Positions 28,798 to 38,937 of a stretch of DNA of 64,000 nucleotides are shown here, one piece after another. Each line of letters opens with the position of its first letter. Position 1 is the first letter of the stretch. The notes under the pieces are model-generated. The model was not told where the DNA came from. It saw nothing but the letters and a program-made list of their open reading frames with translations, and did no database searches. This DNA comes from Planctomycetota bacterium (GTDB taxonomy: Bacteria > Planctomycetota > Planctomycetia > Pirellulales > Lacipirellulaceae), in assembly GCA_039190745.1 (NCBI GenBank), contig JBCCXZ010000007.1, positions 1 to 64,000 on the forward strand. The letters are read 5' to 3'. Both the position numbers and the translations under genes were made by a program.

Positions 28798-30627
28798 CTA
28801 GAAGAAACGCCGGCGGGCGGACGCGAAGGCCGCCAATAACAGACCAAGCCCTGCCGTGCCGGGTTCGGGGACGCCCACGACAAAGCTCGCCAGGAGCGGG
28901 TCGTGGTCGCTGGGGGACCCCAACAGGCCAGCATTAAGGTTCACCGTCTCAAAATCCGCCCCGGCTAGCAGCGAGTCGGTCACGAGCATGTGGTCGAGTG
29001 ACTGGCTGTTGCCGTCGAATACAAAGGTGAACCGGTCCGTGGGGTCCAGTAACTCTTCGAGGTTGCTGAGCACCGAGTCTGGCTGCCCAGTAAGTTCGGC
29101 CAGCGGCGTCGAGAACCCGAAGTCGTTGAGGTCCCCCAGCACAATGACCCTCGCGTCGGGGTCCGCTGCAACGATCTGGTCGACCAAGTCGGCCACGAAC
29201 TCCGCCTGTTCCTCACGCGTGGATTCGCCGCCGTTGATCGGCGGCTGGATCACCTCGAACAAACCGGTGCTCCCGCCTTTGGCTCGGAAGTGGTTGTTGA
29301 TCAGCGTTACCTCCTCGCCGTTGAACTCGAAGGTCGCCTCAAGCGGCTTCCGGCTGTTGTTGAACTCGCCGACGCCGTCGCCGTGCCGGATGAGCGATCC
29401 GCCAACCAGGCTCACGCGGTCGGGGTTGTAGAGGTAGCCCACGCGGATGTTGCCCGTGGGCTCGCCGCCGTCGATGTTGCCTGTTGGAGGCGGTACCTCG
29501 GCAAAGAAATAAGTGGGCCCCCCGGCGTCGCGGATCGAATCGATGAGGCCCGCGTAGGTGGCGTCGGCGTCCAAACGGAAGTTCCCGCCCGGCCCGTCGC
29601 TGTCCTGGATCTCTTGCAGTGCGACAATGTCGGGGGCGTTCAGGTTGTTTGCGATCTGAGAACCGAGCGCGTCGAACTTCGCGGAACTGTCGAACGGGTC
29701 GAGGTTCAGCACGTTGTAACTGGCCACGGTCAGCCGGTTCGCGGCGCCCTGGAGGCTGCTCTGCTCCGGCGCCACGCCGCCGGGCGTGCGGGCAAGCGGC
29801 GTCGTGGCGTTGATCTCGTAGTCGCCGAAGGCGTAGTTCATCACACCGACCACGTCGCCCAACAAATCCCCCATCTGCGTCGAGGGAGAATCCTGCGGCA
29901 GCAGGTTGTCGTCGATCTGCACACGCTCGGGGTTGAAGTCCCCGGCACTGATCGTGATCCCGCCGCGCGCGTTGAAGCCGGTCGCCCCGGCCCCGCCGTC
30001 GGGTACGGCCCAGATCTCGCCGAAGCCGTTGGTCGTCGAGACCGCGGCCGCCGACCGGACCTCGACGCGCATCCCCTCGAGCGATTCGTAGAAGTCGATG
30101 CCGTCGGTCGTCGGGTCAAAGCTGGTGAAGCCATCGTTGTCGAACACCGAGGTCGGCTGCGCCCGGCCGCCGGAGCCGATCACCACCGGCGCAGGCAACG
30201 CATTCCCACTCGACAGCACCGTGAAGGAGGGAGAAACCAACTCGGTTAGCGGCAGATCGTTCGGCCTCGAACCACGGACGAACTCGCTCACCCCCGCGGT
30301 CACCGAGAGCCTGTCGCCAACCGCAACCGCCGGGCTGGAGTCGGTAAACACAAAGATGCCGTCCGAGGTCGCGTCGTCACCGTCGCCCAGCGGGTCCTGC
30401 AAGTAGAAGCCGTCGCCGCCCACCGCGGTGACGATACCCGAGGTCGAGACCGTGGCTCCGTCGAAAGGCGAGACGTGGTCGGCGCCCTGAATCTGCGGAA
30501 TACTGAGGATGGTCTGTGCCCCGGCCCGTCCGGCCGAGATCAGTCCCCCGACGGCGGCGCCGAAGACGAGCAGCGAACAACAGAAGGGAGCCTGAAACAA
30601 AAGGACGCGGGCCGGACGCGGCGACAT
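28798..30627 (-). CDS. Extracellular endonuclease/exonuclease/phosphatase (ExeM/YhcR-like) with PEP-CTERM sorting signal
   Basis: IPQIQG, GFYLQD, FYESLEGMRV, VASYNVLNL, LQEIQD, LGDLND, SDHDP; C-terminal VPEP + TM + RRR. Confidence 0.92.
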   Translation of the reverse strand: MSPRPARVLLFQAPFCCSLLVFGAAVGGLISAGRAGAQTILSIPQIQGADHVSPFDGATVSTSGIVTAVGGDGFYLQDPLGDGDDATSDGIFVFTDSSPAVAVGDRLSVTAGVSEFVRGSRPNDLPLTELVSPSFTVLSSGNALPAPVVIGSGGRAQPTSVFDNDGFTSFDPTTDGIDFYESLEGMRVEVRSAAAVSTTNGFGEIWAVPDGGAGATGFNARGGITISAGDFNPERVQIDDNLLPQDSPSTQMGDLLGDVVGVMNYAFGDYEINATTPLARTPGGVAPEQSSLQGAANRLTVASYNVLNLDPFDSSAKFDALGSQIANNLNAPDIVALQEIQDSDGPGGNFRLDADATYAGLIDSIRDAGGPTYFFAEVPPPTGNIDGGEPTGNIRVGYLYNPDRVSLVGGSLIRHGDGVGEFNNSRKPLEATFEFNGEEVTLINNHFRAKGGSTGLFEVIQPPINGGESTREEQAEFVADLVDQIVAADPDARVIVLGDLNDFGFSTPLAELTGQPDSVLSNLEELLDPTDRFTFVFDGNSQSLDHMLVTDSLLAGADFETVNLNAGLLGSPSDHDPLLASFVVGVPEPGTAGLGLLLAAFASARRRFF

Positions 30628-30970
30628 GGGTTTTCCTTGTAGCAGCGCAGCCCCGACCGTCTTGCACCACTCCAACGTCAGCAGAAAGGCATTGACCCCG
30701 CTGCTGCGCATCGCAACGCAAGGGGGCGGACCTGATGGGCGGCTGTCATCGCGTGACAGCGTGCCAGAAACCTCTCGCGGAGCGTGGAACGCTCAGGCGG
30801 AGGACTCCTCATTTGCTCGACGTAGAAGACAGAGACGCGTCGAGGTCACGAGCAGGAGTGTTCTTGTTAGGCGGTGAGAGTGTGGGGCTCATTGCCCCAA
30901 GCCAACGAGTTTATGCCCGTGAGACCGCCTGTCAACGGCTGCAAGGCCGAGCGTGCAGGGCCGGAACGGT

Positions 30971-32665
30971 TCAAACGGCCGCTAATTCGAGCGCCTCGGC
31001 CGCCATCGCCTTCCGCTTGGGGCAGCCGAACTCGGTCCACCACTCCGCCGCGGTCTCGCTCGTCCACTCGCCCTCTACGGGCACGCGGCGGAGCTCCCTC
31101 GCCAACTCCGCGGCCGTCTGGAATCGGTGCCCAGGGTCCTTCTCCATGCACCGCAGGATGATCTCCTCCAGGTCCTCGGGCAGCTTGGGGTTCCTCAGCC
31201 GCGGCGGCTCAGGGTCTTGCGAGGCGTGCGCCACGATCACTTTCATCGCCGAATCATCAACGAACGGCGGCTCGCCCGTGGCCATGTAATACATCAGCGC
31301 CCCGAGCGAGTAGATGTCACTGCGGGTGTCCACAGCATCGCCCTGCGTCGCCTGCTCGGGCGACATGAACAGAGGGGAGCCCGTGATCGCCCCCTCTTGG
31401 GTCAACGAGGTGTCGACCGCGTCGCTGGAGGGCTTCACCAAGCCAAAGTCAAGCAGCTTGGCTACGTCGTAAACCCCGCCGCGGTACGCGCAGTAGATGT
31501 TGGCGGGCTTGATATCGCGGTGCACCAAGCCCATCCCGTGAGCCTCGGTCAACGCATCGCACACCTGCGTCATCAGGTGCACGATCCGCTCGGTCGGCAG
31601 CGGCCCGAAGTTCTCCACCAACTCGCCCAGGTTGTGGCCGGGCAGAAACTCCATCACGTAATAGAACGTGCCGTCCTCAGTCCGCCCGTAGTCGTAGATA
31701 TCGATCGAGTTCCAGTGCGAGAGCTTTGCCGTCTCTCGCACCTCACGCTCGAATCGGGCCAGCACACGCGGGTCGCCCGCCTTCTCTGGACGGATGACCT
31801 TGATCGCGCAGGGCCGCTTCATCATCTGGTGCTCGCCCAGGTAGACCTCGCCCATGCCGCCGCTGCCGAGCAGGTGTTTCAGCCGGTACTGCCCAAGCTG
31901 CCTTGCCTGGAACGCCTGCGTCCGCAAGGTGTTGATGGTGTGCACGCCCACGACCGCAATCAACGCCGTTAGCGCCATCACCATCGTTTGCTCGGTCAGC
32001 ATCCCGTCGAAATCATCGCTGATCAGCAGCTGATGGAACGGCTCGAACGTCGCGTCCACGTAGAGCGATACCAGCAAGGGCGCCACAGCGATCGAGCCGA
32101 TCACCACCGCCGCCCGCTTCCAAGTGTTCGGAACGAAAAGCGCGTAGCAGAAAATCAAGAGCTGCCAGCTCCCAGCGACAATCGGCACGTGCGCGTGGCC
32201 GTCGGGCAGGGTCGCGCACAGGCGGAACTTCTCGTAGTTCAGCAGCACAAAAAACAGCCCTGGGGCCCCGAAGACCACCGCCTCTGCAATGCGGAGCGTC
32301 CCCATCGACAACTGGCACGAGGCGCACAGCCGCCACGCCACCAGCCCCAAGGCAACCATCACGGCCGTGTGCGAATAAAAGACGACCCGGAGCTCATTGC
32401 CAATCTCGGCCTTTGGCGGCTCGGCAACCAGGGACCACAAGTAGAACGCGCCGAAGCCGGTCAGCAGCAGCAGGGCAGCCGTCCGCAGCCGCCCGCGGAG
32501 CAGTTCCTGTGTCTCGCTCGTCAGCTGCGGCGCACTCCCAGTAACCAGCGCCACCTGTCGCCTAGCGGCGGCGCGGATCCGGCCGGTCGTCGAGCCCAGG
32601 GCCGCCTTCGGGGCCTCGATCGTCTCGGCGTTGGAGAACTCAAAGTTCTTTTCGCGGTCGGCCAC
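30971..32665 (-). CDS. Membrane-associated Ser/Thr protein kinase
   Basis: N-terminal TM bundle; LGSGGMGEVY, AIK, HRDIKPAN, DFGL, GSPLFMSPEQ, DIYSLG. Confidence 0.95.
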   Translation of the reverse strand: MADREKNFEFSNAETIEAPKAALGSTTGRIRAAARRQVALVTGSAPQLTSETQELLRGRLRTAALLLLTGFGAFYLWSLVAEPPKAEIGNELRVVFYSHTAVMVALGLVAWRLCASCQLSMGTLRIAEAVVFGAPGLFFVLLNYEKFRLCATLPDGHAHVPIVAGSWQLLIFCYALFVPNTWKRAAVVIGSIAVAPLLVSLYVDATFEPFHQLLISDDFDGMLTEQTMVMALTALIAVVGVHTINTLRTQAFQARQLGQYRLKHLLGSGGMGEVYLGEHQMMKRPCAIKVIRPEKAGDPRVLARFEREVRETAKLSHWNSIDIYDYGRTEDGTFYYVMEFLPGHNLGELVENFGPLPTERIVHLMTQVCDALTEAHGMGLVHRDIKPANIYCAYRGGVYDVAKLLDFGLVKPSSDAVDTSLTQEGAITGSPLFMSPEQATQGDAVDTRSDIYSLGALMYYMATGEPPFVDDSAMKVIVAHASQDPEPPRLRNPKLPEDLEEIILRCMEKDPGHRFQTAAELARELRRVPVEGEWTSETAAEWWTEFGCPKRKAMAAEALELAAV

Positions 32666-33280
32666 CGGGGGTCGCCTCCAGAACTAGAGAGAAAGCGGGC
32701 GGGAGAGTGTTGCCCGAACCGGGGAGGGTTGCCCCAAACCGCGGTAGGTTGGCTCCATCCTAACCCACAACGACTCCCGGGGTCAGCCCCAACACCCTGC
32801 AAGAGCCGTTTCTGTGGCCTGAGCAGAGTCGCCTATCGGCGGACGAGAAATGCCCGAAACGGGGACACTTACGCGGCAGTGAACCAACCGGCCCCCGACC
32901 GCGTACTGGTGTGGTCTGAGTGCAACACGACGTTGTACCCCCGTTGCGTCGCCCCCGAACGCGTTGCGTTTGGGGCACGCCCTCTTCCTGCGCAGGCAGG
33001 CGCACCACGACGCCGCGTGGCCGTTTGTGAACAGGCCGGGCTCGCCTGCCTCCGCCGCCGACTGCCGGCCGCAAGGCCGGCGTTCGTGACCTAGTCTTTC
33101 TGCAGAGCCGGGCCCTCACCGTCCATTCGGCGACGCCCGGCCCGCAACTCATCTCGGCAAGGCCGCTCCCCGCTCGTCGGCCCACCGCCACCTTTCGTGC
33201 TAGCACCTTTTCACCGCGCCCGGCCGGTTGCAATCGGCCGCCGCGCCGCTCACGCTGTTGAGAACAGGAGAGGCTTGGGA

Positions 33281-36200
33281 ATGCCCAAACCCCAAACTCA
33301 TAAGGGATGGAACCCGCGGATGGAGAACCTCGAAGAACGGTTGGCGATGTCGGCCAACCCGCTCGCCCCAGGGTTGGGGGCGCTCGAGACCCACTCGGCC
33401 ATCCAAGACGGGCCGCCCCCGCTCAATCAGCACGTCCAGTCGGCCCCTGACTTCTGGCTCGACGGCAGCCACAACGGCGCCCTGGCCGATTACGACAACC
33501 AAATCGAGCAGACGCTCCAGGAAGCCCACAACCAAACCGGGCTGACCAACGTCCGAAACGACTACGGCTTCACCGGCGGCGGCCAGACCGTCGCCGTCAT
33601 CGACAGCGGCATCGCCTGGGACCACTTCGCCCTGGGCGGCGGCTTCGGATCGAACTACCGCGTCGTCGGCGGCTGGGACTTCACCGAGAACGACGCCGAC
33701 CCCTACGACGACGGCCCCGAGGGCTCCCACGGCACCCACGTCGCCGGCATCGTGGGCGCCGACAGCGGCGTCGACAACGGCGTCGCCCCCGACGTCGACC
33801 TCGTGGGCTTGCGGGTGTTCGACGACGCCGGCAACGGTTACTTCAGTTGGGTTGAGGATGCCCTGCAGTGGGTCCACGACAACCGCAACGCCTTCGAGAA
33901 CCCCATCACCGCGGTCAACCTCTCGCTCGGCGCCGTTGGCTGGAACTCCGAGAGCATCCCCGCCTGGGCCAACCTAGAGAACGAGTTCGCCCAGCTCGAG
34001 GCCGACGGCATCTTCGTCTCGGTCTCGGCCGGGAATTCCTTCACCGATTACAACGCCACCGGGCTCAGCTACCCCGCCGCCAGCCCCTACGTCGTGCCCG
34101 TGATGTCGGTCGACGATTCTGGCAACCTCAGCTACTTCAGCCAACGCAGCACGCGCGGCATCGCCGCCCCCGGGCGGTGGATCACCAGCACCGTCCCCGA
34201 CTACGTCGGCAACAACAACGGCATCACCGACGACTACGCCACGTTCTCCGGCACGAGCATGGCCGCGCCCTACGTCGCCGGCGCCAGCGTCATTATCCGC
34301 GAGGCGATGGAGTTCGTCGGCTACACCAACATCACCCAAGACGTCATCTACAACCACATGAAAGCCACGGCCGAGTCGTTCTACGACTCCGCCACGGGCG
34401 AGTGGTTCGACCGCCTCGACCTCGACGCGGCGATCGACGCCCTCATGCCGACCGACGAGTTCGGCTCGACCATGGGCACGGCTTTTGACCTCGGCACGAT
34501 CAGCGGCAACACGTCGACCAACGGCGTGATTGGCACCCTGAGCGACGCCGACTACTTCAGCTTCACCGCCGGCTCCACCGGCACGGTCACCTTCACCGTC
34601 GACACAACGCACGACCTCGACGCCGCTTGGGATTCCTCGGCGACGGGGTGGACCACCGGCGGCGGTACGGCGTACACCCTCGAAGTCGCCGCGGGCAATA
34701 CCTACACCGTCGGGCTCTCCTCGGCCGACGGCATCGGCTACTACGATCTCGACATCACGACGGAGAGCACTTTCACGTTCACCGATTGGGGGGTTGTCGC
34801 CCAATCACATGTCAACAACATCGCGAACACGGGCGATGCTTGGTATCGAGTTACCGCCGGCCAATCCGGCTACCTGACGGCCGAGGCATTCTTCGACGCC
34901 TCCGCGGGGAATGTGACCCTCGACGTCTACGACTCCGCGCTGAATCTCCTCGCGACTTCCGCTGTCCAAGACGGCGGTCAGCGCATCGACGTTATCGCGA
35001 CCAATGGGTCGGAGTACTACCTCAAGGTCTCCGGCAACAACAGCGACATCGACTTCCGCCTAACGAACTTGCTGGCGTTCAGCGGCTCTCAAGCTACCCT
35101 GAACGGTACTTCTGGCGACGACACAATCCAGTTCATTGCCGACCAAGCGCATCTCCTGAGCATCAACGAGACGACGTACTCAATTGATAGCGCGGCGGTG
35201 AATCTCGTATCGATTAACGGTTCGGCAGGCAATGATACGTTCGAGCTCGTCGGGACCGCCGAAAGCGAAATAGCCTACCTCGCTGTGGAGAACACCGCCT
35301 GGCTGGGGAACGGCGTAACGGTCTCGGCACTCGGCTTCGAACAGACCACCATAGAGGGCGGCGGCGGCGGCGACAGTGCCCACTTCTACGACTCAACTGG
35401 AAACGACCAGTTCCAAGCCTACAGCAACCGCGCCACGATGACCGGGTCGGGCTTCGCCAACGAGGTCACTGGCTTTGCCAACACCTACGGTTACTCCAAC
35501 GCCGGCGATGATTCCGCATTCCTATACGACTCCGACGGCGATGACCACTTCCGGTCCTACGAAGACCGGTCAGAGATGGTTGGAGTGGGACGCTTCAGTC
35601 AGGCTATCGGCTTCGCAAGCAACACGGGCTACTCGACACAGGGGAACGATACAGCGTTCCTGTTTGACTCGGCGGGAAACAACACCTACGTCGCTTCCCC
35701 AACTGCTGCTTCGATGACCGGAGACGGACTGAACAACCGGGCAGAAGGCTTCTCGGCAACCTTCGCATACGCCAGCACAGGCAACGACTCTGCACATCTT
35801 GACGACAGCACCGGAAACGACATCTACGCCTCATACGTCGGCGCATCGGTCATGAGCGGCGACGGCTTCTTCAACCAAACAAGCGGATTCTACACTACTT
35901 CAAGCACGGCTACAGCGGGCTCGGACATTGCGCTGATGTTCGACTCGTCCGGGGACGACCACTACACGACCTACTCAGACCGGGTCGAGATGTCCGGCGG
36001 AGGGTTTCTCAACACAGCGCACAACTTCGATGTTTCGATCGGCCAAGCCTCTACCGGGACCGACTCGGTCACCATGTACGGCTCCGCGGGCAGCGACCAC
36101 TTTAGGTCGTACTCAGGACAAGCGGAAACAGCCGGAACCGATTTCTTCAACATCGCACGCGGATTCGAAAGCGTTCTCGGGGTCTCGTCCGGCGGCACGG

Positions 36201-36958
36201 ACGTTGCGTACATGAACGATTCTGCGGGGGCAAACACATACGTTGCTCACTCCGACCGGGTCACCATGACCGGCAGCGGAATGAACAGCGAGGCCCGTGG
36301 ATTCAGCTATACTTTCGGCTACGCATCCGACGCCAGTGACATCGCAACCTTCTACGACTCGACTGGCGATGATCACTTCCGAACCTACGCGGACGTCTCG
36401 ATCGTCGAGATGGCGGGCGACGGCTACCACAATCAGGGACGCGGGTTTGCTACGGCGACAGGATTCGCCTCCGACGGCAACGACGCCGCCTTCCTCCACG
36501 ACTCCGCGGGCGACGACCAGTACGCCGCTTACGCAGACCGTGTGGAGATGACAGGAGGCGGCTACTTCTACCGCGCAGTCAGCTTCGAGGAGAGCTACGC
36601 CTACGGGTCCACAGGCGACGACTCGGCTATGCTCTACGACTCAGCTGGAGACAACCTGTTCTTATCCTATGCCCACGGCGCTCTAATGACCGGCGACGGG
36701 CTCTTCAACCAAGCCTCGGGTTTTGATACGGTTCTCGGATTCGCCACAACCGGACAAAACGTCGCTTACCTCTACGACTCGAACGGCGATGATGTCTTGA
36801 CCGCAGCCGGTAGCGCCGTGCAACTGCTCTATGACAGCGGCGCCGAGGTCGAGCTAGAAGACTTCGGCGGAGTCGCCGCATTCGCAAGCAACGGCAACGA
36901 TACGCTCAACCTTGCCGCGATCGACTTCTACTTTAATGACATCGGCGATTGGAGCTAA
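33281..36958 (+). CDS. S8 (subtilase) serine peptidase with PPC-like domains and C-terminal repeat tail
   Basis: RBS AGGAG; MENLEERLAMS planctomycete-type motif; catalytic VAVIDSG, HGTHVAG, SGTSMAAP; 11 repeats of about 46 aa. Confidence 0.93.
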   Translation: MPKPQTHKGWNPRMENLEERLAMSANPLAPGLGALETHSAIQDGPPPLNQHVQSAPDFWLDGSHNGALADYDNQIEQTLQEAHNQTGLTNVRNDYGFTGGGQTVAVIDSGIAWDHFALGGGFGSNYRVVGGWDFTENDADPYDDGPEGSHGTHVAGIVGADSGVDNGVAPDVDLVGLRVFDDAGNGYFSWVEDALQWVHDNRNAFENPITAVNLSLGAVGWNSESIPAWANLENEFAQLEADGIFVSVSAGNSFTDYNATGLSYPAASPYVVPVMSVDDSGNLSYFSQRSTRGIAAPGRWITSTVPDYVGNNNGITDDYATFSGTSMAAPYVAGASVIIREAMEFVGYTNITQDVIYNHMKATAESFYDSATGEWFDRLDLDAAIDALMPTDEFGSTMGTAFDLGTISGNTSTNGVIGTLSDADYFSFTAGSTGTVTFTVDTTHDLDAAWDSSATGWTTGGGTAYTLEVAAGNTYTVGLSSADGIGYYDLDITTESTFTFTDWGVVAQSHVNNIANTGDAWYRVTAGQSGYLTAEAFFDASAGNVTLDVYDSALNLLATSAVQDGGQRIDVIATNGSEYYLKVSGNNSDIDFRLTNLLAFSGSQATLNGTSGDDTIQFIADQAHLLSINETTYSIDSAAVNLVSINGSAGNDTFELVGTAESEIAYLAVENTAWLGNGVTVSALGFEQTTIEGGGGGDSAHFYDSTGNDQFQAYSNRATMTGSGFANEVTGFANTYGYSNAGDDSAFLYDSDGDDHFRSYEDRSEMVGVGRFSQAIGFASNTGYSTQGNDTAFLFDSAGNNTYVASPTAASMTGDGLNNRAEGFSATFAYASTGNDSAHLDDSTGNDIYASYVGASVMSGDGFFNQTSGFYTTSSTATAGSDIALMFDSSGDDHYTTYSDRVEMSGGGFLNTAHNFDVSIGQASTGTDSVTMYGSAGSDHFRSYSGQAETAGTDFFNIARGFESVLGVSSGGTDVAYMNDSAGANTYVAHSDRVTMTGSGMNSEARGFSYTFGYASDASDIATFYDSTGDDHFRTYADVSIVEMAGDGYHNQGRGFATATGFASDGNDAAFLHDSAGDDQYAAYADRVEMTGGGYFYRAVSFEESYAYGSTGDDSAMLYDSAGDNLFLSYAHGALMTGDGLFNQASGFDTVLGFATTGQNVAYLYDSNGDDVLTAAGSAVQLLYDSGAEVELEDFGGVAAFASNGNDTLNLAAIDFYFNDIGDWS

Positions 36959-36977
36959 AGAAGGCCTCGGACGCACG

Positions 36978-38033
36978 TCACGCGGCCGAGGAAGCTGCGC
37001 GCCCCACGCCTCCGGCTTGTGATTCGCGCCGAGCAATGCCGGGCCGGAGCATCTTCGGAAGCAAATCCGCGAAGAAGTCCCGCCGTCGAGCAAAGCGGAA
37101 CAAACGGTCCACCCGATCTGCTGCCTCGCATCCTAGCTCCCGAGACGCCTCCGGGTCCGCCAGCGCCTCCACGAGCCGATCGGCGATTGCTTCCGGGGTT
37201 TCGTCTTCCACATAGTATCCCGCGTCTCCAACCACTTCTGGGATCGCGGTTCGGCGATTGACGACCACAGGAGCCCCGCAAGCCATGGCCTCCGCGATCG
37301 CTAACCCAAAACCTTCGTGGCGAGAGCATTGATAGTATGCGCCACACGACTGCATGTACCGAATCTTCTGCTCTTTCGATATCTTCCCTAAGAACTCGAC
37401 ATGTCCTTCCAGGGATCGCTCCTCGACCATGCGTTCCAACAAAGCCTGACCATCAACCGGCTCTCCCGCCAGCACTAGCCTTGCTTCAGGCATACGCTCC
37501 TTCACCAAAGCGAACGCCTCGATCAACTCAGGCAACATCTTCCGTTTCATGTTCTCTGTCCGCTTCCACGCGACGTTGAACACTACGCGAGGCTCAGCGC
37601 GTTCGTTCGTTGGAGATAGCGGACGGTACTCGTCCATCACTACGTGCGGGCAGTAGAGAGGCCCATCCAGATCCATTAGTTTCCTCAGGCGTTCAATCAT
37701 ATACCTGCTCACGAACACGCTCTTGTCTGCGAAGCGCATGCCCCAGCGAACCAGCAGGCGCTGGTACCACCGATAGCCCTCGTAGATCTCTGGCTCGAGC
37801 GAACCGGTAACGCAGACGGGGATACCTCGAAGCTTCAGTACAGGCCCCACCAGCCACAACCACGTCCACCACCAAACGAACACCAGGTCGGTGCTGCGAG
37901 GCACCTCCTTTAGGCTCGTCGCGACCGTCACCTTACAACCGATCGATTCCAAGACCTCAAGATCCTGACGGTAGAACTCGGTCGTCATAAGTCGGTCGCG
38001 CTGCAGACGGTAAACAAGGAACGTTACGTGCAT
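36978..38033 (-). CDS. Glycosyltransferase family 4
   Basis: EGFGLAIAEAMACGAPVV, AIPEVVGDAG; RBS GGAGGA before ATG 38033. Confidence 0.92.
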   Translation of the reverse strand: MHVTFLVYRLQRDRLMTTEFYRQDLEVLESIGCKVTVATSLKEVPRSTDLVFVWWWTWLWLVGPVLKLRGIPVCVTGSLEPEIYEGYRWYQRLLVRWGMRFADKSVFVSRYMIERLRKLMDLDGPLYCPHVVMDEYRPLSPTNERAEPRVVFNVAWKRTENMKRKMLPELIEAFALVKERMPEARLVLAGEPVDGQALLERMVEERSLEGHVEFLGKISKEQKIRYMQSCGAYYQCSRHEGFGLAIAEAMACGAPVVVNRRTAIPEVVGDAGYYVEDETPEAIADRLVEALADPEASRELGCEAADRVDRLFRFARRRDFFADLLPKMLRPGIARRESQAGGVGRAASSAA

Positions 38034-38071
38034 AGCCGATGTCCTCCGTAAGAAATACGCTCCGCAACGCA

Positions 38072-38881
38072 CTACTTGGCCTCAGAGGCCAACTGCGAGT
38101 GATCCCCGATCTCTCCGGGCATCCTAAAGTACAATGAGACGCCTAGGTGGCCGCCGTGGTCCGTGAACTCCACATGTGTGCGATCTATGCCGCTCATCTG
38201 CAAGAAATGAAAGACCCGGTTTAGGTCATAATCGTTCATCTCCATTGGAGGCGCTAAGAACGGTCGGCCGCGAGCAATGTTCACAAGACTGTTGGCAAAC
38301 GGCACGTGCTTTCGCGCCAGCGCGAGCCATCGAATGGCACTGTCTGACTTGGCATAGGTTATGTGAATGATGCCGGTCCCCGACGGGGCGATGGCATTCA
38401 CCAGACGCCTCAACAGTGTTTCACCCGTCCGCACCGGCACATGCTGGAGGACAATGTGGCTGTGCACCAACTCGAATCGATCGCTCTCACTCAGCGGCCA
38501 GGGCTTGCTGCAATGGAACTCGATGTTTGCTATCCCCGCTTCGGAGCAGTTGGCCTCGGCCTCGCGGAGCATAGCGGGCGAGATATCCAAGCCGACCACC
38601 CGATCCGCTTCGCGGGCCAAGGGTATTGCAAGGCGCCCGACCCCGCACCCAAAGTCGAGAACCGTGCCGAGCCGGTCTGGCATGCCGACGCGTTCCCTTG
38701 CTGTGCTGAGCGCTTCAGCCACATGGTACTCGCCCAAGCGGAAGAACTCTCGGCGATCCGCAGGCGTCATGGAGGCCCGGCGGAAACGCGGCTGGGTGAG
38801 TACTCCAAAATATGGGTCGTCTTTGCCGAACGCTCGCCAGGCGCGATCGGTTGTCGGTAACGCTAGTCGTGCGATAGACAT
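38072..38881 (-). CDS. Class I SAM-dependent methyltransferase
   Basis: VLDFGCGVGRL, GLDISPAML, VHSHIVLQH. Confidence 0.9.
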   Translation of the reverse strand: MSIARLALPTTDRAWRAFGKDDPYFGVLTQPRFRRASMTPADRREFFRLGEYHVAEALSTARERVGMPDRLGTVLDFGCGVGRLAIPLAREADRVVGLDISPAMLREAEANCSEAGIANIEFHCSKPWPLSESDRFELVHSHIVLQHVPVRTGETLLRRLVNAIAPSGTGIIHITYAKSDSAIRWLALARKHVPFANSLVNIARGRPFLAPPMEMNDYDLNRVFHFLQMSGIDRTHVEFTDHGGHLGVSLYFRMPGEIGDHSQLASEAK

Positions 38882-38937
38882 CGGGAGCTGTTCTCCATGG
38901 GGAGTGAAACCGATTGTTCGGAGGGGCGGCCTCTCTG

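Noticed and set aside
32666..33280. Riboswitch in the kinase/S8 divergent spacer
   Set aside because: No recognisable aptamer consensus or terminator by eye; would need cmscan.
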